A DNA stretch of 32,351 nt from Chiloscyllium plagiosum (lineage: Eukaryota): contig NC_057717.1 of NCBI RefSeq assembly GCF_004010195.1, positions 103,097,667 through 103,130,017 on the forward strand, written 5' to 3'. A program made the position numbers and the translations under genes. Below are positions 11,224 through 21,797 of this stretch, in pieces. A model generated the notes under the pieces. That model had not been told where the DNA came from. It saw only the letters and a program-made list of their open reading frames with translations, and searched no databases. The first letter of the stretch is position 1; each line of letters begins with the position of its first letter.

Positions 11224-11264
11224 AAGCACTAGCTTTCGGAGCGCTGCTCCTTCATCAGGTGGTT
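11224..11264 (-). ncRNA. Minimal type I hammerhead ribozyme (PLE-associated), intact core
   Basis: Minus strand AACCAC-CUGAUGA-A-GGAGC-AGC-GCUCC-GAA-AGCU-A-GUGCUU: stem I CAC/GUG, 5-bp stem II, palindromic AGCU stem III, CUA cleavage triplet. Confidence 0.8.
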
Positions 11265-11664
11265 GTGGAGTATAAGATCATAAGACACAGAATTTATAGC
11301 AAAAGATTAGAGTGTCATGCAACTGGAATGAGATATTGAACAACCCTGGATTGTTGTTAAGTCTTTCATCTTTTAGAATGGGTTGCAAGTTTTGGTTCAT
11401 TAATATGTAAATCCCAGAACTTCTTTTAAGTCACATTCTCGAGATAACTTTATAACAAAAGGTGACATCTTAGCTCAGACAATATATTAAAGGTGTGAGG
11501 TCAGAGTCTGTCTTTATCCCAATCTTGAGTCAGACTGGTTCTATTTCCAAAGTGGAATTTACAAAGTATTAATAAATTGACTGCGGGCATTGACTGCCTG
11601 CTGATTGTCTGCTTCTTGAGCAAAATAGAATGTGTCTGCAAATACAAATTCACCCCATAGACTG

Positions 11665-12090
11665 ATATGTGCGTGTGCCTGTGAGAGACTGTGTGTTTGT
11701 ATGAGTGCATGCTTGGTTAAGTGTGTATGTGGGTGTGATGGAGTATAAGCCTGTAAGAAGGTGTGTGCATGACTGTGAGTATGGGGAAGTGTAAGTGTGT
11801 GTGTCTGTGTCTGTGTGTATATATATGAGAGACAGTCTGTGTGTGTGTGTGATTATACGAGAGAGGGTCTACATGAGCATGTGTGTGTGTATATATGACA
11901 GAGGGTCTGCGTGTGTGTGTATATATGACAGAGGGTCTGTGTGCGTGTGTGTGTATATTTGACAGAGGGTCTGCGTGAGCGTGTGTGCGTGTGTATCTGT
12001 GTGTGTGTGTCTGTGTGTGTCTGTGTGTGCGTGAGTATATGAGAGAGGGTCTGCATGAGCGTATGTGTGTGTGTGTGTCTGTGTGTGTGT
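11665..12090. repeat. (GT)-rich compound microsatellite in the PLE 3' UTR
   Basis: GT runs punctuated by a recurring GAGAGGGTCT / CAGAGGGTCT motif roughly every 30-80 bp. Confidence 0.9.
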
Positions 12091-12102
12091 ATTGCAATGG
12101 GG

Positions 12103-12959
12103 TCACCTGTAGTATGACATGAACCCAAGGTCCCGGTTGAAGCCATCCCCATGGGAAGCGAACTTGACTATCAGCCTTTGCTCGGCCGCTTTGTCTTGTT
12201 GCCTGTCCTGAAGTCTGCCTTGGAGGACGGTCACCCGAAGGTCCGAGGTCGAATGTCCCAGACCGCTGAAGTGTTCCCTGACTGGGAAGGAACACTCCTG
12301 CCTGGGGATAGTTACGCAGTGTCCATTCATCCATTGTTGTATCGTCTGCTTGTTCTCACCAATGCACCATGCCTCAGGGCATCCTTGCCTGCAGCGTGTG
12401 AGATAGGTAAGGTTGGCCATGTCTCGTGAGTACCTGCCACGTACATTACATGTCCACACATGTAATGGTGGTATCCATATCAACACTCTGACATGTCTTG
12501 CAACGGTTGCCATGACTGGGTTGTATGGTGTTGTGGTCGATGTAGTCCTGAAGGCTGGGCAGTTTGCTGCAAACAGTAATCTGTTTGAGGCTTGGTGGCT
12601 GTTTAAAGGCGAGAAGTGGGAGTGTGGGGAAGATCCTCATTGATAATGTGTTGCAGGCTGCGAAGAACATGCCGTAGTCTTTCAGCTCCCAGGAGATACT
12701 GGACAACGAAGGGCACCCTATCGGTTGCATCCCGTGTCTATCTCCTGAGGAGGTCGTTACAGTTTCCCGCTGTGTCACATTGGAACTGATGATCGATTGG
12801 TTGAGCATCGTACACTTTTCTTATGAGGGCGTCCTACAGCACCTTCAGGTGTCCATCACATTCCACTTCATCTGAACAGATCCTGTGTATGCGTAGGGCT
12901 TATCCTTAGGGGATGGCTGTTTTAATCTGCTTGGGGGTGGGGGGAAGCTGGAGAAGTGT
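12103..12959 (-). pseudogene. Disrupted PLE ORF: RT C-terminal region, Cys-rich linker, GIY-YIG endonuclease
   Basis: Fragments in different frames: ALRIHRICSDE; LLAFKQPPSLKQ; HGNRCKTC; LTYLTRCRQGCPEAWCIGE...MNGH...PVREHFS...AEQRLIVKF...GFNRD. Several frameshifts. Confidence 0.88.
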
Positions 12960-13000
12960 AGCTGTTGAAAGCATTAAGATTAAAGAGACACCACAACACA

Positions 13001-13482
13001 ATAAGACCATAAGTCACAGGAGCAGATGGATATCATTCAACCCTTTGAAAATCTTCCACCATTCACTCAGACTGTGGCTGGTCTGACAATCCTCATCTTC
13101 ACTTGCCTGCCTTTTCGCCACAGCCCAGGTTCCTCTTGCTAATTAAAAACCGATCTCAGCCTCAAATACACTTAATGCACCAGCCTCGACAGCTCTCTGC
13201 AATAAAGAGTTCCACAGATCCACTCCCCTCTGAGAGAAGAAATTCCTCCTCATTTCTGTTATACATGTGTAACTGTGTATTCAGTATTTTTTCTTGAGTC
13301 CTCAACTCTCCCGCAAGGGGAAACGATCTTCCCATATTCACCCTGTCAAATCCCCAAAGAAATTTCTATGTTTTAATAATGTCCCTTCTCAATTCTAATG
13401 AGTGCAGGCTCAATCTACTTTACCCCCTCTTCGTGTGACAGTCACTCCTTACCTTGGATCAGCTCAGTTAAACCTTCCCTGA
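13001..13482 (-). mobile_element. CR1/HER1 LINE 3' fragment
   Basis: ATAAGACCATAAG tail; GAGTTCCACAGAT reads LWNSL on the minus strand; typical CR1 3' region. Confidence 0.85.
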
Positions 13483-13587
13483 TCAGCTGATGTCCTCACC
13501 AAAGTAGATCCGTGATTTTTGAGAATATTTGTAGCTCAGGTTGAGGTTCCAGCTGTGAGTTTGCTCGCTGAGCTGGAAGGTTCGTTT

Positions 13588-13627
13588 TCAGACGGTTCAT
13601 CACCATACTGGGTAGCATCATCAGTGA
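13588..13627 (-). ncRNA. Degenerate PLE hammerhead motif (left arm)
   Basis: UCA-CUGAUGA-U-GCUACC-CAGUAU-GGUGAU-GAACCGUC-UGA; the GAAA box is mutated to GAAC. Confidence 0.6.
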
Positions 13628-13827
13628 GCCTCCGATGAAGCACTGGTGTTATGGTCCACATTCTATTTTTGTGTCTTGGTCTGTTAAGGTGGGTGATATC
13701 ATTTCTAGTTCTGATATCAGAACTGGCACCAGAACCAGAACCAGAACAGGAAATGACATCGCCCACCTTAACAGATCGCGACACATAAATAGAAAGCAGG
13801 CCATACTACCAGTGCTTCACTGGAGGC

Positions 13828-13867
13828 TCATTGATAACGTTACCTAGCATGGTGGCGAAACATCTGA
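13828..13867 (+). ncRNA. Degenerate PLE hammerhead motif (right arm)
   Basis: UCA-UUGAUAA-C-GUUACC-UAGCAU-GGUGGC-GAAACAUC-UGA; the CUGAUGA box has two substitutions. Confidence 0.55.
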
Positions 13868-13905
13868 AAACGAACCTTCTGGCTCAGCGAGCAAACTCAC
13901 AACTT

Positions 13906-14125
13906 CAATATTGATCCCTCAAGCAAACATGACAACAACAGATTATCTGGCCATTATCCACTTCCCTTCTTGTTTGTGGGAGTTAGCTGTGTAAAAATTG
14001 GCAGCAGCATTTCCTAAGTTATAACAGTGGCAATGCTCCACAGTTACGGGGTTAACAGCAAGGCACCTTGAGGTGCCTCAGTGCCCTGAAGGCTGCAAGA
14101 GAAAAGCAAGTCCTGCTCTTTATTA
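13906..14125 (+). mobile_element. Deu-SINE 3' half (last segment of the SINE starting at 11047)
   Basis: CAATATTGATCCCTCAA...CAGATTATCTGGCCATTATC...TGTTTGTGGGAGTTAGCTGTGTAAAAATTGGCAGCAGCATTTCCTA matches the Deu-SINE core. Confidence 0.75.
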
Positions 14126-14170
14126 TTTGGAAAGTTTGTGCTTGTGGTCGATACTGCTTGTTGGAGGTGC

Positions 14171-14875
14171 TGTGGGGAAAATCACCAGCCTCCGAGTCAG
14201 AGTCAGGGTTCAACAACAGTGTTTATTGTACAAGGAAATACCAGAGCTCCGGGGAGAGAAAGACACCAACAGCACAGCGGGCAGCTGCAAAGTCTTCTCT
14301 CAGTCCACATGAGCACATGTCAAGATATTTTTATACATTTTGTGATATAATAGGTCAGCGATGAGGTTATTGTCTCTTTAGCATGGTTTGCTTATGGTAA
14401 ACATTGCAGAATCATTAATAGTTTCGGTGCCATCATTGTTGTTCCAGCGCAGCCTTTGTTAATTTCAGTGTCAGTTTCAGCGCAGACATTGTCAGTTTCA
14501 ATTGCTATAATAATGGGCACTAATCGCTCTTCCTGTGAAGGACGATTACTGCAGCCCTGGCTATCATCACTTTGTATTGAGTCCTTATCAAACTGTTAGC
14601 ATTTCTATCAAAGGTGTTAGCTGGACCCAGACACTTCGGCGGGCAGTGTACATTACTCATGTGTATTCTCTCCCCCACTCGCCTTAAACTAATCAACTAG
14701 GTTGTGAATGCATTGTGCTGGCATTCCAGTGGCCCAGGCAGTGTCTGTGTTTGCTCTGCTGTCTCTCTCCATATTATGATTTAGCGGCCATCTTGTGTGT
14801 CAAGTGGCCAACTTATGGCTCAGCGGCCATCTTGTGTGCCTAGTGTCACCCTGCCCTGTGACATCTCCCACTTCA
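14171..14875 (-). mobile_element. ERV-like solo LTR (705 bp)
   Basis: TG...CA termini. On the minus strand TATAAAAA (14328-14335) precedes AATAAA (14222-14227) in U3-R-U5 order. A 17-bp direct repeat containing a YY1-like CAAGATGGCCG occurs at 14783 and 14822. Flanks GAGGTGC / GAGGAGC. Confidence 0.65.
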
Positions 14876-15070
14876 GAGGAGCTGATATAATCTTGAATGA
14901 TATAATCCTGACCAGTCTTTAAAGGGTTGCCCCTTGCTGATGCCAATCTTGAGAAACAAGACTGGTCAAAGCAGTGCCCCCTGTGTCTGGATCATTCTTG
15001 TCTCACATTTAAAGTGTTGCAAAAGCACAGAGCATCTACACAAACCTCACTTAATCTGGAATTTACCACG

Positions 15071-15522
15071 ACATACGAGCAACGTTTGAGGATTGTGGGT
15101 CTGTACTCAATGAAAGTTAGAAGGATGGGGTGGAGGGGGGAATCTGATTGAAACATTCAGAATACTGAATGGCCTGGACAGAGTTCCAGGGAAGATGCTT
15201 CCATTGGCAGGAGAGACTGGGACCTGAGGGCACAGCCTTAGAGTAAAGGGAGGACCCTTTAGAATGGAGATAAGGAGAAACTTCTCAGCCAGAGAGTGGT
15301 GAATCTATGGAACTCACTGCCACAGAAGGCTGTGGAGGCCAGGTCATTTGAGTATATTTAAAACAGAGATAGATAGGTTCTTGATTGCCAAGGGGATTAA
15401 AAGTTATGGGGAGAAAATGGGAAAATGGGGTTGAAAAAACAATCAGCCATGATTAAATAGCAGAGCAGTCAATGGGCCGAATGGCCTAATTTCTGCTCCT
15501 ATTTCTTCTGGTCTTATGGTCT
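15071..15522 (+). mobile_element. CR1/HER1 LINE 3' fragment
   Basis: YEQRLRIVGLYS and RVVNLWNSLPQKAVEA motifs; GGGCCGAATGGCC stem; TGGTCTTATGGTCT tail. Confidence 0.92.
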
Positions 15523-15699
15523 AATCAGTGTCTTAGTGTGAGGTCTGATGTGGTGGATTAGGTGTGTGTTAGTTTCAAATGAATCTTGTGTTATTGACAT
15601 TCGACTCAGTTCGCTGGCACGTGCACATGCAGAGCAATAATCAACACTTTAAATGTGACGATGCAGGTTAAAAAAAATCTTAATTTGTGTTTTGAATCC

Positions 15700-16045
15700 C
15701 TCTTCGCCTCAGCCCCTCCCTCTCTCTATAAACATCTCCAGCCCTACGCCCATCTGAGATCTCAGTAATTCTTCCATTCTGGTCTCTCGAAGCCCAAGAA
15801 CCTTAATTACCCCTGCCATTTGTGACCATGCCTTCAGCTGTTGAAACCTCAGCTTGAATCTCCCTTCCTCACCTTCCCCACTTCATCTCTGTCCATCCTC
15901 CATCAAAAACACTCCTGAAGTTTTTGGACACCTGTCTCAATATCGCCCTGTGTGGCTCAGTGACAAGTTGTGTTTGATAACATTCCTGTGAAACATCTTG
16001 GGATGTTTCACTACGTCAAATGTGCTATATTAATGTAACTTGGTG
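15700..16045 (+). mobile_element. L2-like LINE 3' fragment, old
   Basis: Pyrimidine-rich L2-like body ending GTGAAACATCTTGGGATGTTTCACTACGTCAAATGTGCTATATTAATG; similar to 28120-28252. Confidence 0.65.
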
Positions 16046-16142
16046 ATTCCTAAAGAGATAGCTGAACTGAAACAGCTTCAGAGGATATTTGTAGGAAATA
16101 TTTGCATCTCTGAAACATTTTCCACAAAGTCCACCCATCCTT

Positions 16143-16191
16143 AAGACACCCTTTATTTACACGCAGGGAGTCCTTGATGCTGATCCATCCC
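16143..16191 (-). mobile_element. Fragment of family A LTR
   Basis: CCCTTTATTTACACGCAGGGAGTCCTTGATGCTGATCCATC matches about 5417-5457. Confidence 0.6.
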
Positions 16192-16429
16192 TAAGCGTGT
16201 CATGTAATGTTCAATGGTTTCATTGCTCTGTGTTTGATTATAAGAGTCTGGTAACTGATCTGTGCTCACTGTGCATGATTGGTTAAGCCCTTGTGTTGAC
16301 TCTGAGCTAAGTAAACAGCACAGAAATTCCAGGAGGGATAAATATGACTTCAGAAATAACTTAAAAACTTGTTGTTTGGTCAACTCGTGCACTTAGAAAC
16401 TAGTGTCATCTTTGCATTATTCTGAGGAA

Positions 16430-16840
16430 AATTACATATATGAAATATGTAACATAACACAAACAATTAAGTGCTTCCTGAGGAGAGTCACTGTCATACT
16501 TTCAAAAATGCAGCAATCAATTTGTGCACAGCAAAATCCCAACAATGCAATAAGGAGTATTAAAATAACTCCACAGAGGCCAGTATCCCTTTATATACAT
16601 GTAGCGAGTCCTTAACACTGATTCAGCTCCCTCAGAGCCAGCTCTCATAGTGAACAGAATCTCTGACCTTCTTGTTTATATCCATCAGCCAGGGCTCCCT
16701 GATTGGACCAGATTAACAGCCCCAGTCAGGGAACAATGAGGTCCATGTGGCTGACCTCATTACAGCCACTAAAAGTATATCTTTTTCTTGGTGATGTTGA
16801 TTCAGGGAAAAGTATGAAACCAAAGGGAAAACACTACAAC
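16430..16840 (-). mobile_element. Deu-SINE, old, interrupted by a solo LTR
   Basis: GTCACTGTCATA...AAATGCAGCAATCAATTTGTGCACAGCAAAATCCCA before the LTR and GTGATGTTGATTCAGGGA after it are reverse complements of the Deu core at about 13910-14030. Confidence 0.6.
16561..16773 (-). mobile_element. Short solo LTR, family A
   Basis: Homologous end-to-end to 5376-5603; perfect 5-bp TSD AGTAT at 16556-16560 and 16774-16778; TATAAA-like motif on the minus strand. Confidence 0.8.
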
Positions 16841-17514
16841 AGGAGAACTAAGGAAGAAGGTCATGACTGGAGATATAGCAAGGAGACAGGGCAGGAATAG
16901 AATGTAAAATGAGTACAAGGAACTGACACACAAAAAAAGTATTCATCCCTCTCTGTCCTTTGTGTTCTGCCTGTAAACATAATCGCTCAGGGAGTCCAGC
17001 AAATTCATGTCTACAAATTGGCTTTTCAATCGTGAGACTGAGATGGAAATTTTTAAATTACTGAAATGAGATGCTCTGATTCTTCAGCTAACCACAGGTT
17101 TATACTGTGGCAGAAGTTAATTAAATATAAATACTGGAGAGAGGCACGTTTGCAAAAGGTATTGAAATGGTGTTCCTGGGTTAATATAATTTAAAGAAAC
17201 AAGGTCTGACCATTGAGTGCTTGACAGAAATTCAGTGTGAAGGCTGTTTGTAATGTTTCAGTAAATTGCAGGAATGTCACACCAGAGTTGGTGTCTTATT
17301 GCTTTCCGACTATCTGCACCTGAGAGACTGATTCTGAATATGTAAAATATAAACATTCTGACTTATTGGCCATTGTCAAAAGTTAAGCCAGTCCTTTTAC
17401 ATTACAGTGTCATATCTGACCCTGAGGTGATCATTCAACCTCATGTCTGTGCTATCTCTAACATCATTTATTTCCACCTCTCCCCTGTCTCAGCCCATCT
17501 CCAACTGCAACTTT

Positions 17515-18560
17515 CTCATCTCTAGACTGGATGTACTCCTGGTCATTTCCCCCATATTCCACCCACCTGAGCTTACCCAAAGACCTGTGTCCCGGCTCAC
17601 AGTGAATCCCACCCACTTATCACTCTCTCATGCTTGTTGACCTACACTCCTGGTCGAGCAATGTCTAGTGTGAAGATGCTGCCCCTTTGACAAGGTTATT
17701 TTGCACCTTTTTCTTCCAAGAGGGGTCATAAAGGCAGAGGTGCCAATATGTCTGAACTGGCTACTTTAAAAATGGCTAACAGATACTGCCTAAGGCCAAC
17801 AATCAGAGGAGGCCTGTCAGGTTTTATTTTTCAAAGTATTGTACAATGAAAGGGGAGTGGCCTGGTCTCCCAGTTCAGGTTTCCTTTGTCTAGTTTGGTT
17901 TGGTTTGACGCTCCTGGTCAAATAAGGCTGCCAGACTCTCATAATCAAACACAGAGCAATGAAACAACGAAAGGTACCCTGATTGAACAGAGGTTTTCTG
18001 GCTGACTCTCTCTCTCTGATAACTCTCCTGTATGATCCTGTGTTTGATTTTTCCTTTTTTGCCAAGGGGTCTTTATTGGGATGTTGCAGCAATTTGGAAC
18101 AGCATCATTAAGTTGCGATAGAATCACTTAGGTTTTCACATAGGTTAAGTTATTCTGTGCTCAGTTCTCTTTTGTTCGCGTTTCACTGGGCAGTCTGTAA
18201 ATAAATTGTGTTTTACTTAAAACTAAGTGGTTTGACCAGCTGCATCACTCCTGGAATATCCACTATGCACCTGCATAAAACAACCAGAAAACTTAGGGCC
18301 TGAGCTACCTACTTTAAATATTTTGAGAGGGTCTGGCCTGGTCCATTGCAGTAGACTCTAAAAGTCTCAACATTGCTTTCCAATCACACCATGGCCTCTC
18401 TCCTCCCTATCGCTTGTAATCTCCTCCGGCCCGGCAACTCTGTGAGATAGTTACACTCAAGTGTTGTTTTGATCAGTTCACCACTGGCTGCCAGATGTTT
18501 GGAAATCTGGATCCCAAACTCTGGAATTCCGTACCCACAATTCTCCGCCTCTCTACCTCG
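17515..18560 (+). mobile_element. Old L2-like LINE fragment split by an LTR at 17669-18350
   Basis: TCTAGACTGGAT (SRLD) and GACCTACAC on the left; CCATGGCCTCTCTCCTCCCTATC...CTCTGGAATTCC (LWNS) on the right. Confidence 0.6.
17669..18350 (+). mobile_element. Solo LTR (682 bp), family B
   Basis: Starts TGTGAAG and ends ATTGCA; 4-bp flanks CTAG/GTAG (3 of 4 match); AATAAA near 18200; interrupts an L2 fragment cleanly. Confidence 0.65.
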
Positions 18561-19242
18561 AGGGGAATCATTCCTGACAAAAACTGTCATGGCAATGTCT
18601 CCAGATAAATCATCAGATGGTAATGAGACAAAGACCTGGCTTCAGTCAGCACACTGTTGTGTGAATGGAGCCATTACCTGGAGTGTTTAGGCTTTGAATT
18701 CATATTTACAACTTTAAAGATAACCGTGTGGGGCTTGGGAAGGAGCTCTGTGCCCGAGCATTGTGCCTCTGCCCTATTTCTGTCAGTGGGGTCAGTGAGA
18801 GGGGATTCTGTGGCACCTAAAGCCAATTGTCCAGCAGTACCTTAGAGAGTCAAAGGAATTAGAAATCTGAGTATGGCGAAAAAACTCAAACTTCTGCGAA
18901 CCATTTTCCCTTGCACTTATTGGGACAATTCTCAAAATATTCCAAAGCGAAGGGAAAATAACAACTTGGGTGGACAGCGTTGATTAGTTGGCAGGTGGAT
19001 TCAGACAACGCAAGGAGAGTGTAAATGATAACGGATAATTAGATGCCAAGCTCAGTTTAAACCAAGCATATTCTCTCTCCGCACATCACACAAATTGTGT
19101 GCAGTGGCATTCTTAATAGATTTTCCTCACATATGCAGGAATGTTGACTGAATGTGTCTTTTTCAGCAAATACTCAAGTTCTGTACAAGCCCCTAACCAA
19201 GTGAATTATAATTTAGGCTCCAAGGTATTTCAAGAATTGACT

Positions 19243-19711
19243 TGGGTGGGACGGTGGCTCGGTGCTTAGCACTGCTGCCTCACAGTGCCAGGGACCTGGG
19301 CTTGATTCCACTTTCGGGTGAACTGTGTGGAGTTTACACATTCTCCCTGTTTGTGCATGAGCTTCCTATGGGTGCTCCAGTTTCCTCTCACAGTCCAAAG
19401 ATGTGTAGGTTATGTGGATTGGCCATGCTACATTGCCCATAGTGTCCAAGGGCGTGTAGGTTAGGTGGATTGGCCATGCTATATTGCCCATAGTGTCCAA
19501 AGATGTGTAGGTTATGTGGATTGGCCATGCTATATTGCCCATAGTGTCCAAGGGTTTGTAGTTTAGGTGGATTGGCCATTCTGTATGTATCGGCGAGATG
19601 GGTTAGCAGATAAATGCAGGGTTGTAGGGGTAAGGGTGGGATGCTGTTCAGAGGATCAGTGTGGACTCGATTGGCCAAATGGCCTGCTCCCACACTAGGG
19701 ATTCTGTGATT
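19243..19711 (+). mobile_element. HE1-like V-SINE with expanded internal tandem repeat
   Basis: Head GGTGGCTCGGTGCTTAGCACTGCTGCCTCACAG, V-domain, 51-bp units starting at 19393, 19444, 19495 and 19546, GGCCAAATGGCC stem and GATTCTGTGATTC tail. Confidence 0.92.
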
Positions 19712-19842
19712 CAACCTCAGAGACAAATCACAGGACCATTTTTATTTTAAAATTAATTAAAGCTTCTGTTTTAAATTCTTGTAAACATCACAGATCAGTG
19801 GAAAAGGTTGAAAAATCACCTGATTTGGTGACAATGGCTTTA

Positions 19843-20100
19843 TTTAGATTTAGATTACTTACAGTGTGGAAACAGGCCCAACAAGTCCACGCCGACTCTC
19901 CAAAGAGCAACCCACCCAGACCCATTCATTTACCCCTTCACCTAACACTATGGACAATTTAGCATGGCCGATTCACCTACCCTGCACATCTTTGGACTGT
20001 GGGGGGAAACCAGAGCACCCGGAGGAAACCCACCCAGACACGGGGAGAATGTGCAAACTCCACACAGACAGTGGCCTGAGGTGGGAAGTGAACCCGGATC
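19843..20100 (-). mobile_element. HE1-like V-SINE, 5'-truncated
   Basis: TTTAGATTTAGATT tail; body closely matches 279-520; stops just past the B box. Confidence 0.9.
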
Positions 20101-20580
20101 AGTATTTAGCTTCAGCTTGGTGTAGAGAAGCACCCAAGGTACAATTGTTCTGGATGGCAACGATAATAGCAGCAGAACATTGGACACAGACATTCATGTG
20201 ATTCAACTCTCAGCAATGCACCCCAACAGATTTGGCTACAATAGCCCTAGACTTTTTAACTCGGGACATAGAGTAAAATAAAACAATTCAATAATGTCAG
20301 AACTGCATATGATACTTGTTTGACCTCAAATAGTATACCATCTGGGCGTGGTGTTTTATGTCTTGAAGATACGCAAAGCCTACACACCGGTTCCCACGGA
20401 TATCCCAGCACTTTCAGTCAGTACTTTTAACTGTCTGCTCCCTCATTCTTACAGCTTGCATCTGTTTAGTTTTGTTTTCTCAGTGATAGCTCTAAAGCTC
20501 TAAAGCTGAATCAATCAGACACCATCAGTCACTAACACAGAGATGTAATTACACACTCAGCAACTGAATTCTACCTTGAG

Positions 20581-20662
20581 CAGGTGCAGGAAAGTGGCAC
20601 TATGTCAGGAGTAGCCTCGGTAGACTGAAAGGCCTCTTTTGTCCTGCATGATTCTATGATTC
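20581..20662 (+). mobile_element. Short CR1 3' tail fragment
   Basis: AGACTGAAAGGCCT stem followed by ATGATTCTATGATTCT. Confidence 0.6.
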
Positions 20663-21207
20663 TCACCTTTCATATCTTGCTTAAAGCTTGCTGCACTGTC
20701 CATGTTTGTGGGTATCTGTCTTAATGAGATCATCCCCTCATGTTTCCCAGTGTCATGCTCTGCTTTACAGTGTTCCTAGAAAGCACCATGCAATGTTGCA
20801 TTCTGTTCAAGGAGCTATATAATTCACCTTGATGTTTTGGTTTGTCTGTGGTTATTTGGAGTTGCAGCCTGGGTATTTTACGTCTGTCTGCCCCCTCTGG
20901 TGAAGTTAATGCATCTTTCATAGCAAGCACACAGTTTCAGGTATTTACAATAGCCATCACAGGACTGAGCTGAGGGTTTTATGAGAAGTTTCAGTTGATC
21001 CTACAGATGCAATCCAATTTATACATAGGGACAGCGGGAGATATTCGCTCTCTTATTACATCTTGCTTTCTCACTGCTGCATTAAAGCCTGCAGTTAGAT
21101 TGTGGAATGCAAGGTCAGTCCTCACCTGTGAAGCTTGGCGTTATTATCATCAGCACATCCAGATATGGAGAGCAGCAGCGTGTAATCCGACTCTCTCTAC
21201 AGCTGGT

Positions 21208-21797
21208 ACACACACACTCACAGACACTCTCACACATACACGCACACAGACATGCACACATATGTACATACAGACAGACACACACATGCGCACACACACT
21301 CACTCTCACACTAGCGCACACTCTCTCACATACTCACACACACACACTCTCTCTCGCACACACACATACACGCACACATACATGCATACACACACACTCT
21401 CTTTCTCTCTCTCACGGACACACACGCAAACACGCGATACAATCTGTCTCTTCCACACTCACACCACCCATACATATAGACAATCACACTCATACACACA
21501 CTCACACTCATACACACAAGCACAACATATGTATATGTATATACCTACACACTCATATATATATGTGCACACATGTACCACACTCATATATGTACACATG
21601 CACACATATACACATACACTTGCAGATGCACATACACATATGTTCACATACATACACATGCAGATACACTCACATAACCACATGCTGACATTTCACACAC
21701 ATGCACATGCCCAAGCATACATACATACTCATTCAAATCCATATGCAGACACACATAGGCACATGCACACGCTCACATAGACATCTGCAGTTACACA
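21208..21797. repeat. Degenerate (CA/TA)-rich microsatellite
   Basis: About 590 bp of CA-rich low complexity; resumes at 22147-22247 after a CR1 fragment. Confidence 0.95.

Larger units (their letters stand above)
11153..12959 (-). mobile_element. Penelope-like element (Neptune-type), 5'-truncated
   Basis: Degenerate RT-thumb/linker/GIY-YIG coding region, a long 3' UTR with a CA-rich tract, a hammerhead motif and AATAAA. Perfect 11-bp flanking duplication AGCTGTTGAAA at 11142-11152 and 12960-12970. Confidence 0.9.
13514..13905. mobile_element. PLE remnant: two pseudo-LTRs in head-to-head inverted orientation
   Basis: Arms about 13555-13713 (minus) and 13742-13900 (plus) are diverged reverse complements; homologous to 24013-24289; each arm contains a hammerhead-like motif. 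Confidence 0.85.

Noticed and set aside
5376..16773. Two same-orientation LTRs as the ends of one 11-kb LTR retrotransposon
   Set aside because: Each LTR has its own distinct TSD and there is no gag/pol, PBS or PPT between them.
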